Made by a program: the position numbers and the translations under genes
Notes under the pieces: model-generated
What the model was told of the DNA's origin: nothing
Databases searched by the model: none
The model's input: the letters and a program-made list of their open reading frames with translations, nothing else
Shown here: piece by piece, positions 14,685 through 32,158 of the stretch
Layout of the letters: every line of letters begins with the position of its first letter
Numbering within the stretch: the stretch's first letter is position 1
Source of the DNA: Chrysomallon squamiferum
Taxonomy: Eukaryota; Animalia; Mollusca
Direction of reading: 5' to 3'
DNA: 64,000 nucleotides
Assembly (NCBI GenBank): GCA_012295275.1
Contig: CM022678.1
Location: forward strand, 16,306,001-16,370,000

Positions 14685-17600
14685 CTAAACTTACTTGCAG
14701 ATTTAAATTCAATTTGAAGATAAATGTAAATAAAAACAAACCAGGGAAATTTGATCTAATACATAGTGTAAATAAAATAGATCAGCCAAATTTAATAAAA
14801 TTCAACTTCTAAATAAAGATAAATCAGTCAAAGTTAATAAAACACAGATGTAAATTCAACTTGCAGATATAAATAAAAAAAATATATATATTACCTGATT
14901 TATTTTCATCATCGTTGTCATGTTGGCTCAGATGATGTTTAAGCTTCTTTCCTCTCGTTTTTCTCAGCTCTCCTGATTTGTCAGGCTCTCCAACACTCAC
15001 CGAATCACCCCCCTCTGTAGACAGTTTCCTCTCCTCTTTTTCTTTTGAAACCTTTTTATCCACCTTTTCTGATGAATTTTGCTGTTTTGCATGCTTGCTG
15101 TCATGATCAGCTGAATGTTTTCTTTCGTGTTTTTCAGTCGAATGTTTTCTTTCAAGTTTATCAGAGGAATGTCTTCTTTCATGACCATCAACTGAATGTT
15201 TTCGTTCATGACCATCAACTGATTCTTTTCTTTCCTGACTATCAACTGAATGTTTTCGTTCATGACTATCAACTGAATGTTTTCTTTCATGACTATCAGA
15301 TGAATGTTTTCGTTCACGACTATCAGATGAATGTTTTCGTTCATGTTTGTCAGCAGAATGTTTACGATCATGTTTATCCACTGAATGCTTCCTTTCATGT
15401 TTCTCCGAATGTTTCTTTTCATGCTTGCTGTCCAATGAACTAGTCCTTTCACGACTGTCTGAAGAATCTTTGCGATCGTGTTTGAGCACAGAATGTTTAC
15501 TTTCCTCACTGTCGCTAGAATGTTTACGACTCAGAATATCACCAGCCATGGACTCCTCTTTCGCGACATCAGAAATTTCGTTAGATTGTTCAACAACTTT
15601 TACTTCCTTCGAATCGCCAGCACCTTCCATGTCTTCAGCTTTAGCAACCATGTCAGCAGTTTTAGTCACCTCGGTAGGTGTGCTTATTTCAAGCTTTTTC
15701 TCCGATTCCTGGACATTTTCGGTTTTTACATCAGTCGAAGGAACAGCCTCACTCTGAACTGGTTTCTCATCCAGGACATTGTCGGGCTTGAAGAGTTCTG
15801 TCATAGACAGGTCAATGAATTCAGAATCACAACTTTTGTGTGATTTGCGACGATGTTTGTGTGAAGGGTCTGGCTGTTTGGATGGATAACGGAACTCTGC
15901 ACCAAAATCAACGTCCTCCTCTTCAATATTCTTTGACCGTTTATCATCATCACCTTTATCCTGAATTGCAATTTTTAAAACAACTTTAGTCCAATATAAT
16001 CATTAAACTTTGATGTTAACATAATTATAAATGGAAATATAATTCTAATCCAATTATGATTAGACTAAAAAAAGAGAATACTTTGGCTCACAATTTTGAT
16101 TAGATTTAGTCAATACAACTGTAAAATAATGAAGTATAGCAATATCTTTAGACTTGTGTAGTATTAGTAATCTCTGAAAGTTGTACAATTCAGTGCTAAA
16201 TAAAATGTTGCATGTATTTTCACTGTGCATTTTTAAAAACAATGTTCCTATAACCTCTTCTATAAAGATACAAATCCTGTTATTTTAGTTTTTATTTATT
16301 CATTTAAATATACATTGTATAAATGTATAACATTATGTAAGTAATAAAATAAGTAAACAGAAGGCAAACAAACTTTATTATAGAACAGAATATGTAAATT
16401 AGGTCAGAGTAAAATGAAGAGAATAATCAAAAATATCTAGTCTGAGAGTAAACTAAACTAGGTTAATCAGTAAACTGATGGTAAATAAACTTAATTAGAG
16501 AACTAAACAAGTAAATTAGGTCGGAAATAAACAAGACAGTAAACAAAAATATCTAGACTGAGAGTAAATGAAACTAGGTTAGACATCAAACAGATGGTAA
16601 ATAATCTCACCTTGTGTTTTGCTTTTCCTCCTTTGAGATGCTGCAGAGGCAGATCTTCCTCACTCTCCTCTGCTTCACCACTTTTGTCCTTCTTTTTGTC
16701 CCCACCCTTCTTCACTTTTGGAGTTGTTTTGGCATCGCTTGCTTCTTTTTTACCAGCCTTCTTTGGAGTATCATCCCCAGTTTTCTTCTTTTTACCTTTT
16801 GGTGTCTGCTTTTCTGCATCAGACACATCAGCTTCTTTTTTACCTTTTTTATCCTTCACTTCCACTGCTTTCTGTTTTCCCTTTTTCTCTTTTACTTCTT
16901 CATCTTCTGCAGCAGAACCTTCTTCATTTTTCACCTTCTGAGCAGCTTTACCTTTCTTCCCTTTCTTGGGCAAATCTTCTTCAGATGGATTCTCTTCAGG
17001 TATTGTTCTCACATTTTTGCCTTTCTTCTTTGCCTTTTTCGGTGTCTCGTCTTCACTTTCTTCATCACTTTCAGGTTCTTTTCCTTTCTTTCCTTTCTTT
17101 GTAACTTTTTTACTAGCTTTTCCTTTCTTACCTTTTGGACTTTCTTCCTCGCTGGAGGCATCAACTTCATCTTCTTGCTTCTTTGTTTTTCCTTTGATTG
17201 CCTCCAAAGGCTCATCATCTTCCTCACTGGTTATGCCCTCATCTTGAACTGCCTCCAGCTGTTTCTTCTTCTTACTTGGTGGACGACCTTTCTTTTTTGG
17301 AACATCATCATCTTCATCATCTTTCAAAGCTTTCTTTTTGTTTGGAGGTCGACCTCTTCTTTTCTGTGGTGGGGATTTTTTCTTCTCCGATTCACTGCCA
17401 TTATCATCATCATCTTCTTCTTTCAAAACTTTCTTTTTTCGAGCTCCTTTTGTCTTTGTTTCCGTTTCCTCACTGCTCTCATCTTCCTTTTTCTCTTCTT
17501 TTTCATCTTCAGCTTCAGTTTCTGTGTTTTTACCTTTAGCATCTTTGACCGGACTTTCTTCAGCAGTAAAACTGTCTTCTGTAGTCTCATCCTTGACTTT

Positions 17601-17906
17601 CTTCCCTCTCTTTTTTTCCCTTTCGGTGTCTCTCCGTCTGTGCTGTCGTCTGTCTTTCGACTCCTGGCTGCTCGGCTCTGTTTAAATAACTGCGCTTTTG
17701 CCGTTGGTTTCAGTTTTCTACCACGTTTCGATTTCCCAGTATCACCACATGACTCACTGCCATCTTCTTCTGTTTCATCATTACTCTAAAAAGAAATGGG
17801 TAAAAAATAATGTATCAACGACAGATATCTGTTATAATTAAATTTATAGAGTTTTAACACACTCACACACACACACAAACAAAATTTCTTTATTCTGGAC
17901 CATCTA

Positions 17907-17938
<32 letters not shown>

Positions 17939-20900
17939 TAAAATTATATTTATTTCTGGGTTTTTCTTACCTTTTTCTTTCCAGTGTTTATTTTTGCTTC
18001 TTCCATTTTGGCTATGAGCGCTTCTTTAGCTTCTCTTTCTTTTCGGCGATTTTCCTGTCGAATTTTCTCAGCAAGATCTTTTTGTTCCTGGTCACTGATT
18101 CTCACAGATCGTCTGAAATAAAATTGAAAAAATAATTTAAAAAATAAAACATTAATAAATAAAAAAATAACTGTTTGGAAAGAAATGACAATTAAATATT
18201 GGTTTAAAAAAATTAATTACAATTAATTAACAACTGTAATTAGGCTGTTTACAGATTATAACAGAAAAATCATGACGACATTATTACTGTCTCCCAACTA
18301 TTATCGATTAGCAGCGAACATACTGCTACATAAATTTCACTCCCCATGTTCTCAATATACAAGATATGTCTGCAATCAACAGTTTTGAGAATAACATGGC
18401 TTGTTACTTTTTTCAAGGTTTTCATTAATACCAAGATTATGTTTCACTAGAACGGATTTCCTGTAATATGACGAAGTCCTATTTTCCAGTCTGCCATCTT
18501 TTATTTCTTGGTAAATTCCTCCTCCAATTAGGTGTACCAGTTTTAAATGTCATATGCAGCTGTTACAATATCCTCCCATGTTCAGGCAAATGTTCATAAC
18601 TATTTAATTTTATGATTATATATAAATCCAATGCATGAAATAAAAACATAGTAATATCTTTTATGATAAAATTATATCAATATTTTAGCAAATAAAGCTC
18701 TGAAATGTTATTTTGTAACGGAATTCAGTTCATTTGTTACATTTTTAAAAATCAGTACCATGACACAAGATGTATGATCTCTGTTAATGTCACTGTTATG
18801 GTGGACTTCGTGTGTGTGTGTGTGTGTGAAGTCCAACTATATATATAAGGTTCCAAGTTAATTTATGTAAGGATCTCATATTATATTAAGATTTCATTCT
18901 TTTAATTTTGAATATATTTTATTTTATAAGGTTTCATTAATATTTTAAGTTATTTAAACTAAGATTTCACAATTTTGGAGAGATTTTATTTTATAAGGTC
19001 TCTTGCATATTTTAATTAATTTATACTAGGATTTCATACTCATAATTTTGGAGATATTCTATTTTATGAGGTTTCTTGCATATTATTGTTAATTTATACT
19101 ATGATTTTACACTCATAATTTTGGAGATATTTTATTATATAAGGTATCTTGCACATTTTATCTAATTTATAAAAGGATTTCACTTTTTAGAGTCAATACC
19201 GTTTTGGATAGTTTGTTGGACTATCATCATTCCTTTTTCCTTTAGCCTTTGTGGAACCTTCTTGAACTCCATCTGCATTTAAGTCATCTGATGTCTGTGA
19301 AGACTCTGTTACAATGCATGTGTATTGCAAGACTAGGATCATTGTGGGCAGGAATTGCGTACGCATGATCGGTAAATGCAGCCGACATCACAGCAAGTTC
19401 ATGTTCATGTACGCCATCCTTAAAAACGTAAAATGTTCTGGTTATTAACAATACCCTTTAATTTTAAAATATATATAATTAACAACAATTTAAATTTATT
19501 AAAAATGTATTGTCAAATACAAAAAATTATATTTAATAACAGCATAAAGAAAAGACATAAAATTTCTACTCATTATGATAATACTGTACTGTAAACAAAA
19601 TGCTGTGATGAACCCTGTTTAGGAAATAATTTCTAGACTGTTCCTGTTATAATTTTAAACTTATCTATTTCTTACCTTGATTAATTTATGAGCAGTTGCT
19701 TCGTCAAATATTGTGGGTTCTCCTTCAAATAAATCCAGTTTCAAAGAATCGTCTGGTGTAAGAGAATCTTGGCTTTTGTTTGTCACTGAAGTATTTGTGT
19801 CCACATTTGAAGATGCAAGATTTGGATCAATGTTTCCAAAGTCTGTCTGAAGTAAATTGGTGACGTCCTCAGTAGACAGTGCATCAGCTAACTGGTTCAA
19901 ATGCTCCTCTGAAATGTCCCCAAACGGATTCTTATCCTGCATAATGGAAGAAAATGCTGTTGGTCATCAGAGGTGTAATAAATATTAGTATCTAAACACT
20001 GTATGTTTCTTTCAATATCCTTTTGTTTTTATCTCACCCAATTACAGTTTTCTGTGACTGAATGAATATACTGAAATAAACATTACAGTTAAATATGAAA
20101 TGATAACTTAGTATACTAAAAACTCATATAAGAATCATCAGATTTTCTTCTTTTTTTTTTTTTTTTTTTACTATATGCCAGAAACACATTTTGGTAAATG
20201 TGAAATAATCATAAATTTTAAAAAAGATGTTCCCATCATTTTTACACACACACAAACACACACAAAAACAATTTATCACACCATTCAAGATGTCTGTCAC
20301 TCTTCATTTGCTGCACTGAATACCAAATAATCATTTCAATTACATAACCGAACTGCTAGTAAGTTAACAACATAGCGTGACAAGCAAGACTCTTATTAGC
20401 AACATTTTATAGAAAAATAATTGTTCATGGCAGCAATTTTATTATTTAGCTCACAAGTTAAATTCTTTTAAAATTATTGCACTGTTTGGAAAACAAAGTA
20501 TTTGTATAATAATGTTTATTTCAATACATTTTTAATCTTGTGGTTAAAAAAGAAAAGAAATATTTACAACAGCCATAACTATACAATAATTCTACCAAAC
20601 AATTCTTTATTATCGATATCTCTGATTTAATAACTTTGTGACTAATTGTTGCATGACTTTGAAACATTAACACAGAATCTTCAGTTACCCACTTATATGA
20701 CTTAAAGGCGTAACTTTGCTATTAATAACCAGCACAAACCCAAGAAATATCTCACTTCAGTTCCATGCATAATGGCTTCTCCAATCACACGTCATTTAAT
20801 TCAAAAAGTTTCTGTCAGTACAGAGATACAGAGATGATAAGCAAAAATTCTTGTTTCTTAAATCTGTGCAAGGGAAATATGTAAAGAAAAGGCAAATTTC

Positions 20901-21705
20901 CCACATTTTTCTCCGTATTCCAAGTATTTATAACTTTTCCTGATTACAGTTTAATCTCAACTGTAATGTTCTCAGATGCACAGGCCCGTAATTACTTCTA
21001 TCAGCAATGTGCAAAAATTCTAATATAATTTCTTTTTAAATTTTTACATAGAAACCATACTCAGTAAAAACGAAACCGAAATACAACTGTCAGTCTGCAT
21101 CTCATTCAAATGCTATATTAACATTTCATCAGACTAGTTTTGCCTTTCTTCACAAAAGCCGCCGTTCAAGGATTTCTGATGTATAGCCTCTATGATTATT
21201 TTGAATTGATAATTAAAACGTCTGAACCTACCTCTCCTGGGAGAAAGCTGTCCAGATTCCAGTGTTCTACGTGACTGTTAGGGTTTATCACTGTGGCCAC
21301 ATTACTGGTTATTATAACTGGCTGGTTCACAATCTGCTTCAAAGTCGAATTACCCACCTGAGTGGTTTCTGGTGTAAGTAATTCTCCAGGAACAGTAGAT
21401 TCCAAAACAGCTGGAGTTGAATCTGGTGTGGCTGCTCTATTTTGTGCTACTAAAACTGAATCAGATGTTGATGACTCTGAAACTGTCACAACTGATGCTT
21501 GTGTTGTTGCTGATGATGTGTGTGTAGCACTTGATTTTGGTACTGATGTTGCCAACTTCAATTGTAAATTACATGAAACCGTTTCCAAAGAAGTTTCCGT
21601 AATCTCAGATATATTGTTCTGGTCAAGTGAAGTTTTAGTCTCAGGACTTAATACACTTGCTATCTGCGTAGCTGTTGTTTCTGCCTTCTGCAGTGATTCC
21701 GACAT
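1..21705 (-). CDS. DIDO1: DIDO1/PHF3/PPS (protein partner of snf)-family transcription regulator, PHD-BRK-TFIIS-M-SPOC; multi-exon, 3' end beyond window
   Basis: 22 GT-AG exons: 21232-21705 (ATG, MSESLQK), 19676-19936, 19200-19418, 17971-18112, 16611-17785, 14895-15960, 14378-14486, 13808-13940, 12549-12767, 12011-12178, 10789-10981, 10203-10428, 9691-9850, 9144-9260, 6977-7093, 6305-6532, 5662-5828, 5038-5188, 4305-4394, 3576-3771, 2565-2942, <1-2151. Splice phases are consistent except for three intra-exon frameshifts. Family motifs: LYCICRKPHNNRFMICCD, HRAHLFDLNCKICTG, KKTHKGEIE, VKDFYIVPL. BRK indicates the invertebrate PPS-type architecture. Confidence 0.93.
2565..5188 (-). CDS. DIDO1: SPOC domain exons (5038-5188, 4305-4394, 3576-3771, start of 2565-2942)
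   Basis: LWKGFIAMQDLAKFFTSAYKVSG...LPDTVAVCGRIAPDQMWDYL...DICIIRF...YSYLNSRGRCGVV...VKDFYIVPL...GPGLEDNRPHMLLGIIIR. Confidence 0.93.
7075..7285. repeat. ~41-bp tandem repeat (x5) containing a DIDO splice acceptor and exon start
   Basis: Unit ctctatcaactccagtgtctgaaa...aaaacat at ~7077, 7117, 7157, 7198, 7238. Confidence 0.9.
9144..10428 (-). CDS. DIDO1: TFIIS-M (TFS2M) domain exons (10203-10428, 9691-9850, 9144-9260)
   Basis: IRLNVRKSLRDALANR|...LALKIEEALFNYFEDTGHKYKNKYRTLVFNIRDPKNK|GLFRKILTGQIKPNKLIHMTHDDLASKELAQWR. Confidence 0.93.
9340..9680. repeat. AT-rich intronic minisatellite
   Basis: Recurring tttaattataatttattttatcaacaatttattatttat; also in the copies at ~32370-32650, ~42520-42830, ~56340-56680. 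Confidence 0.75.
10789..10981 (-). CDS. DIDO1: BRK domain exon
   Basis: LHVLERKSGRLLSGSEAPTEANLEAWLKDHPTFQV matches the BRK pattern (V...G..L.G..AP....L..WL..HP.F.V). Confidence 0.9.
12011..12178 (-). CDS. DIDO1: Cys-rich exon following the PHD (DIDO-type CxxxxC...YCSxxC motif)
   Basis: KCIRKECSKDVRPGTIYCSDECISQHA; tag acceptor and GTAAGT donor; 168 nt, phase 0-0. Confidence 0.85.
13330..13830. repeat. ~32-bp minisatellite matching the PHD exon end and donor site
   Basis: Unit tattactgtcatagctttagtacagacaaatg; also present in the duplicated blocks (~36115-36345, ~45200-45395). Confidence 0.88.
13808..14486 (-). CDS. DIDO1: PHD finger exons of the DIDO-like gene (14378-14486 and 13808-13940)
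   Basis: Spliced translation DPDTLYCICRKPHNNR|FMICCDNCEEWYHGSCVGISKNRGKDMEKNNEEYVCPVC, a C4HC3 PHD of DIDO/PHF3 type. Confidence 0.95.
15090..15425 (-). repeat. Coding 27-bp minisatellite, (ERKHSxDxH)n, about 12 units
   Basis: Visible in ORF 14824-15804: ERKHSVDKH DRKHSADKH ERKHSSDSR ... Confidence 0.95.
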
Positions 21706-22306
21706 TTCACACACATAAAAAACTGGGGAAAACAAAAGTTAAAATAAAATTAAAATAAACCAAGACAGTTTTTGTTTATATAACCAAACTACGTTACTAA
21801 TAATAAATACGCTAAAATAAACACACAATTAATACTACAGTGATCACCAAAGAAAAATTATACAAGGTTGTTAATATTTCATTATTTGGTTCAGAATTCA
21901 AGTGATTAAGTTTTAAATATAAATAATTGACCACAAGAGCACATCTGAAATATGCTTCAGTTCAAGTGCAATATTAATTTTAGAAATGGGAATATTTATC
22001 GGTAATTATTTACAAACGACAACACGTAGATAAAGGTAACAAATTAACTAAAGACTAAACCCTGGAAAGAAATAAAACGAAAACGTAAATAAATCTCACA
22101 CCATTATTATGACACTTGGCACATTGTGTCTACATCATTTCTAAGCACAACATAATAACTGAATATAGATAACCAGCAAACAAAGTTGTGCCAAATCGGA
22201 ACTGCATAATGCAATCTAACGTATATTCATAATTGTAAAGGACAAATCTAAGTTCTAACTTACTTAATTTCGTAAACCTGCTTCATATTTTACTTTGTCT
22301 GCTTAC

Positions 22307-22460
22307 CTTAACCATCACACTTCGTACAGAACAGCTAATTATAATGTGCAAATCGAGTACTGCAGCTAGAACATGTTAAAATGCGGAATTATTTCATTTC
22401 TTCCGTTAAACTCTCACCGACATTTTCGCAAAATAAAGCCGCCATTGCAAGTGCGTGGCT
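22307..22460 (-). promoter_or_regulatory. Probable non-coding first exon / TSS region of the DIDO-like gene, with YY1-like motif
   Basis: Consensus donor AAG|GTAAGC at 22306; minus-strand AATGGCGGC at ~22438-22446; matching cag acceptor at 21723-21725 just before the ATG. 5' boundary is approximate. Confidence 0.55.
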
Positions 22461-23525
22461 GCTTGCTAAACATCAATATTTCTTATGAATTATAAATAGT
22501 CGTTACTTGATTGTAGAAATATTTATTTTAAATGTATTAATATAGCTGAAATAGAACAGCATATACCATAGTATAAATTATAACAGACCGTGAACAAATG
22601 CTAAAATATATTAAAATATGTTACAATGACGACTGTTTCATTAGTTTTCTTTTTCATTTCATTCTCGATAGACATTTTTGTTCCAATATCTCAGTGATTA
22701 ATTTTCGATAGCATCTCAGTTTGCTAGCTTTTATAATATTATTTTCGTTTAGATTGTTCGATAAATAAATATATATATAATGATAGACTATACAAATTTT
22801 AAAGTAATATGATAGTTAGGTAAAACCGACTTTATCACTGAACTGTAGAATCATGTAATGTTACATCATATACAACAATGGGATATTATCGTGCATTATA
22901 TTTTAATATCCAGAGTTTTAATAAGTCTACTAAATAATGAAAAAATTAAAACCGACATACAGTGATTATGTATAAAGGAAAATGCGCAATTTTATTTCTT
23001 CAAAGTTACAATTGTTCGATGGAGAGTAGTATCGTCAAGGTAGGGCAGATATCACGTGATTAATGCGGTATAATTGTTTACGTTTATTTGGTACCTAAAT
23101 CATTTACAAGGGAAACTAAAAGAAGAAGAAATTATTAACTTAATTAAAAAATAATAATAATACAAAAAAAAAATGAATATTTTCATGCATTTAAACAACA
23201 TTTCTTTGGTTATCTGAAATTTAAAATTGGTACTTTTTTCTTTCGGGGCGGGATATTTAAATACGTCAACGTCATTAATACATGACGTAATTGTTTTGTA
23301 ATAAAACAGAAGTCGCATAACATTTTGTTTTCGTGTTTTGAAAAAATTCAAAGGTAACGACCATTTGAAGTAATGTTTAGTAAGTGGAGATCAAACAACT
23401 GTCAAATGACGTTGAATAATATTTATCAATTTTTCGAAATGTAACATGTTAAACTCGTTTTCTACAGAATATCCCATAGTTATATACCGTTATGTCACAT
23501 GGTAGCTCCTTGGCGGAAGTGATTG
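22460..23525. promoter_or_regulatory. Putative bidirectional promoter between the DIDO-like gene and gene B
   Basis: Divergent gene orientation; local CpG enrichment; palindromic E-box ATCACGTGAT ~23050; GC box GGGGCGGG ~23244; TGACGTAA ~23283; ETS-like GGCGGAAGTG ~23512; possible plus-strand donor AAG|GTAACG ~23354 (GTAAGA in the copies). Confidence 0.45.
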
Positions 23526-23949
23526 TTTTTAAATTTCAAATACTTATATTTACTCCAACAGTTTGGTAGCATTAGCATCCCTGTAGTATGAACAACGGAA
23601 GAAGCACACCCACAGAAACACACACACACACACACAGTCATTAACATGCACATACACTCAGAAACACATGTTCAGAAAAACACACACATTTGCATATACA
23701 AGGCTGCATATACTCCAAAATGAACCTGCAACCTTGTATATGCATCTGTATATGCAAATGTTTCATATTTTTCTGAACATGTGTGTGTATGTGCATGTGC
23801 ATATTAATGGCTGCGTTAGCGTATAAATGTGTCTGTATTTCTGCAATTGTTCACACACACACACACACACAAACATATTTGAATAAGTGCATCCATACAG
23901 AGTTGGGGTATATATGAATTTCCATCCTTGTATATGCATCTATATATGC

Positions 23950-24530
23950 ACCTCGACTTACGAGCGCCCCAGCTTACCAGTTACGAGCAGTCGGCCGGTC
24001 GATTTTTTCTTTGCGTTGCGAGCCAAAATCCAAGTTACAAGCGAGCTTCAGATACGCCGCCGCTAGTTGGTGCAGCGAACAACATAACATACGGCCAGCA
24101 TCCCGCGTTTCACTCGTTTACTTCACGTGGTTACCCCGCCGCTGAAGCATCTCTGTTGTGTTGTGTTCGCGTTTTGTGCAGTATCTGCCAAATTTTTTTC
24201 TGCCCATGGATCCTAAGAAAGTGAGTACAAAGGACAGTGCTGAGAAGAAGAAGCGAATGATGTCCATTGAATTAAAACTTAAATTCATAGAAATACAAGA
24301 GCGACGTGTGCATGTACTCGACTTGGATAAGCAGTACAAACATAGTACTTCTACGATATGTACCACACTGAAGCTGAAGGATTCTATAAAGGCTGTAACT
24401 CCAGCCACAGGCGTTAAAATAATTGTCTGATATCTAAGATAAATACACTTTACAAAACCAATCTATTTCCTTACATTTTTTTTTTTATATATATATACAG
24501 TGGTACCTTGACTTAAGAGTGCCCGAACTT
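23950..24530 (+). mobile_element. Tigger/pogo (Tc1-mariner superfamily) DNA transposon remnant: 5' end with truncated transposase N-terminus plus a second TIR fragment
   Basis: ORF from 24206, MDPKKVSTKDSAEKKKRMMSIELKLKFIE...STSTICTTLKLKDSIKAVTPATGVKII, is a CENP-B/psq-type HTH of Tigger transposases. TIR-like CCTCGACTTACGAG at ~23951 and TA|CAGTGGTACCTTGACTTAAGAG at 24498. Confidence 0.85.
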
Positions 24531-25095
24531 TTGGAAGCATTTTCTTTTATATTTTTATGATTTTTTTTTTTTTTTTTTTTTGGCGTTTTGGAATTAAAGT
24601 CTTCATATATGTATACATTAACACACACACACACACACATCCATACATACATACATTATACATATCGCTTTGTGTGTGTGTGTGTTTGTAGCTACACCAA
24701 AAACACTTCTAACCACCACCAATAACATTTTACAAACAAACACAGATGGAAGCTCACACACACATGACAACGCACAGTTATACACTTATACATGTGCCTG
24801 CATGCACACAGCTACACTGCATTCATTCATATACACATACAAAAACACAACCAATGTCTGTAACAATGCTACAAACAAATATATTTACACACAAATGTGA
24901 AACGTGTACGTTTTCATGTACACATACACTTACATCTCTTTATATATTAGTCTTGACACACATACTCATACACACACGCACACATATTCACAAACACTAT
25001 TATTGCATTAAGTGGAAAGTTATTAAATCATTTTTTAATTATGTTAAGTAATTAATTTAATAATCTAGGTGAAATGTTATTATTGTTTTTTTCAG

Positions 25096-30913
<5,818 letters not shown>

Positions 30914-31414
30914 GGGATAATATATGCCCTTAATATTATTTAGTTTTATGTGTGTGTATATATATATATATTTTATGTTCCTCTGATATTTCTAATGAAC
31001 ATTTGTGAATCTACTGTTCCAGCTGTGATATTTCGTTGACATTAATGTCAAACATTTGTAAATGTGGTGCAAAAAAACCCGTAAAAATCCTCACACAAAA
31101 AATAAACACTTAAAAATCCCCACACCCACTAATATTGTTAATTATATAACTGTTTCCACTTGATTGTCTTTTTTTGTATGATTTGTATATGTGGGGAAAA
31201 AAAACAACAAAAAAACATTTAAAATCCCCACACAAAAAAAGAGACACTAAAAAATCCCCACACCGACCAATATTGTTAATTATAAAAAAAATCCTGACAT
31301 TTATTGTTAATCTTTATTTTCATCCAGTTGTCAGAGCTGTAAACAAACTTTCCTTTATTAAAAAAAACAAAAAAAACAAAAACAAAATAATAAATAAATG
31401 AAATCTTTTGTTTT

Positions 31415-31783
31415 CTAATTTAATTAATGTGAAATTAATGTAAAAAGAAAACAAATATATATTATTTATAGATTACTGTACCTTGTTACCAGTAGTGACA
31501 AAATATTTTATATTTTAGTTCATGTAAATCATCACCAGTATTAACATAAAATATATATATAAATTAAAAAAAACAAAATAAACCAATCTTTTTTTGCTAT
31601 TATTTTTTAATTTAATTAATGGTACAGTACTGTAAAAAGAAAAATATATACATATATTTGTTGATTACTGTGCCTGGTGAACAGTATAGACTAAATATTT
31701 TATATTTTAGTTAATGTAAATTATCACTATTATTACAAAGAAAAAACATTTTCTTTTTTTATAAAAAAAATATGTTGTTCCTT

Positions 31784-31814
<31 letters not shown>

Positions 31815-31985
31815 CAACAAAAAAAATTTTTTCTCTTTTATTTTGTAATTTAATCAATGTGACAGTAATGTAAAAAAAAAAAAATATATATATATTATTT
31901 GTTGATTAATGTACCTGGTGACCAGTACAGACTAAATACTTTATATTTTAGTTCATGTAAATTATCACCAGTATTAACATCAAAT
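31415..31985. repeat. Three ~140-200-bp degenerate repeats downstream of gene B
   Basis: Core tgtacctggtgaccagtacagactaaatattttatattttagttcatgtaaattatcaccagtattaac; recurs at ~41930-42240 and ~55230-55895. Confidence 0.75.
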
Positions 31986-32158
31986 TTGTAAATTTAATTT
32001 TATGGTTGAAGTAAAAAACCAAAAAACTAAATCACTGTGTTTGTTTGTTTGTTTTCATACTGCAAAACCTTTCTTTGTGGAGAATGATAAATTTATAACT
32101 CTTGAAATAATAATAATAATAACAGCATTTGTGAAAAGGATGGCAGGAATGGGCATAA

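Noticed and set aside
16614-17789. 391-aa plus-strand Phe/Leu-rich ORF that looks like a membrane protein
   Set aside because: Antisense shadow of the purine-rich K/E exon of the DIDO-like gene; the same applies to other plus-strand ORFs in 132-2875, 10206 and 15045-15843.
24158-24430. Domesticated CENP-B/TIGD gene
   Set aside because: Only ~75 codons of the HTH with a stop, no DDE domain, and the copies are disrupted.
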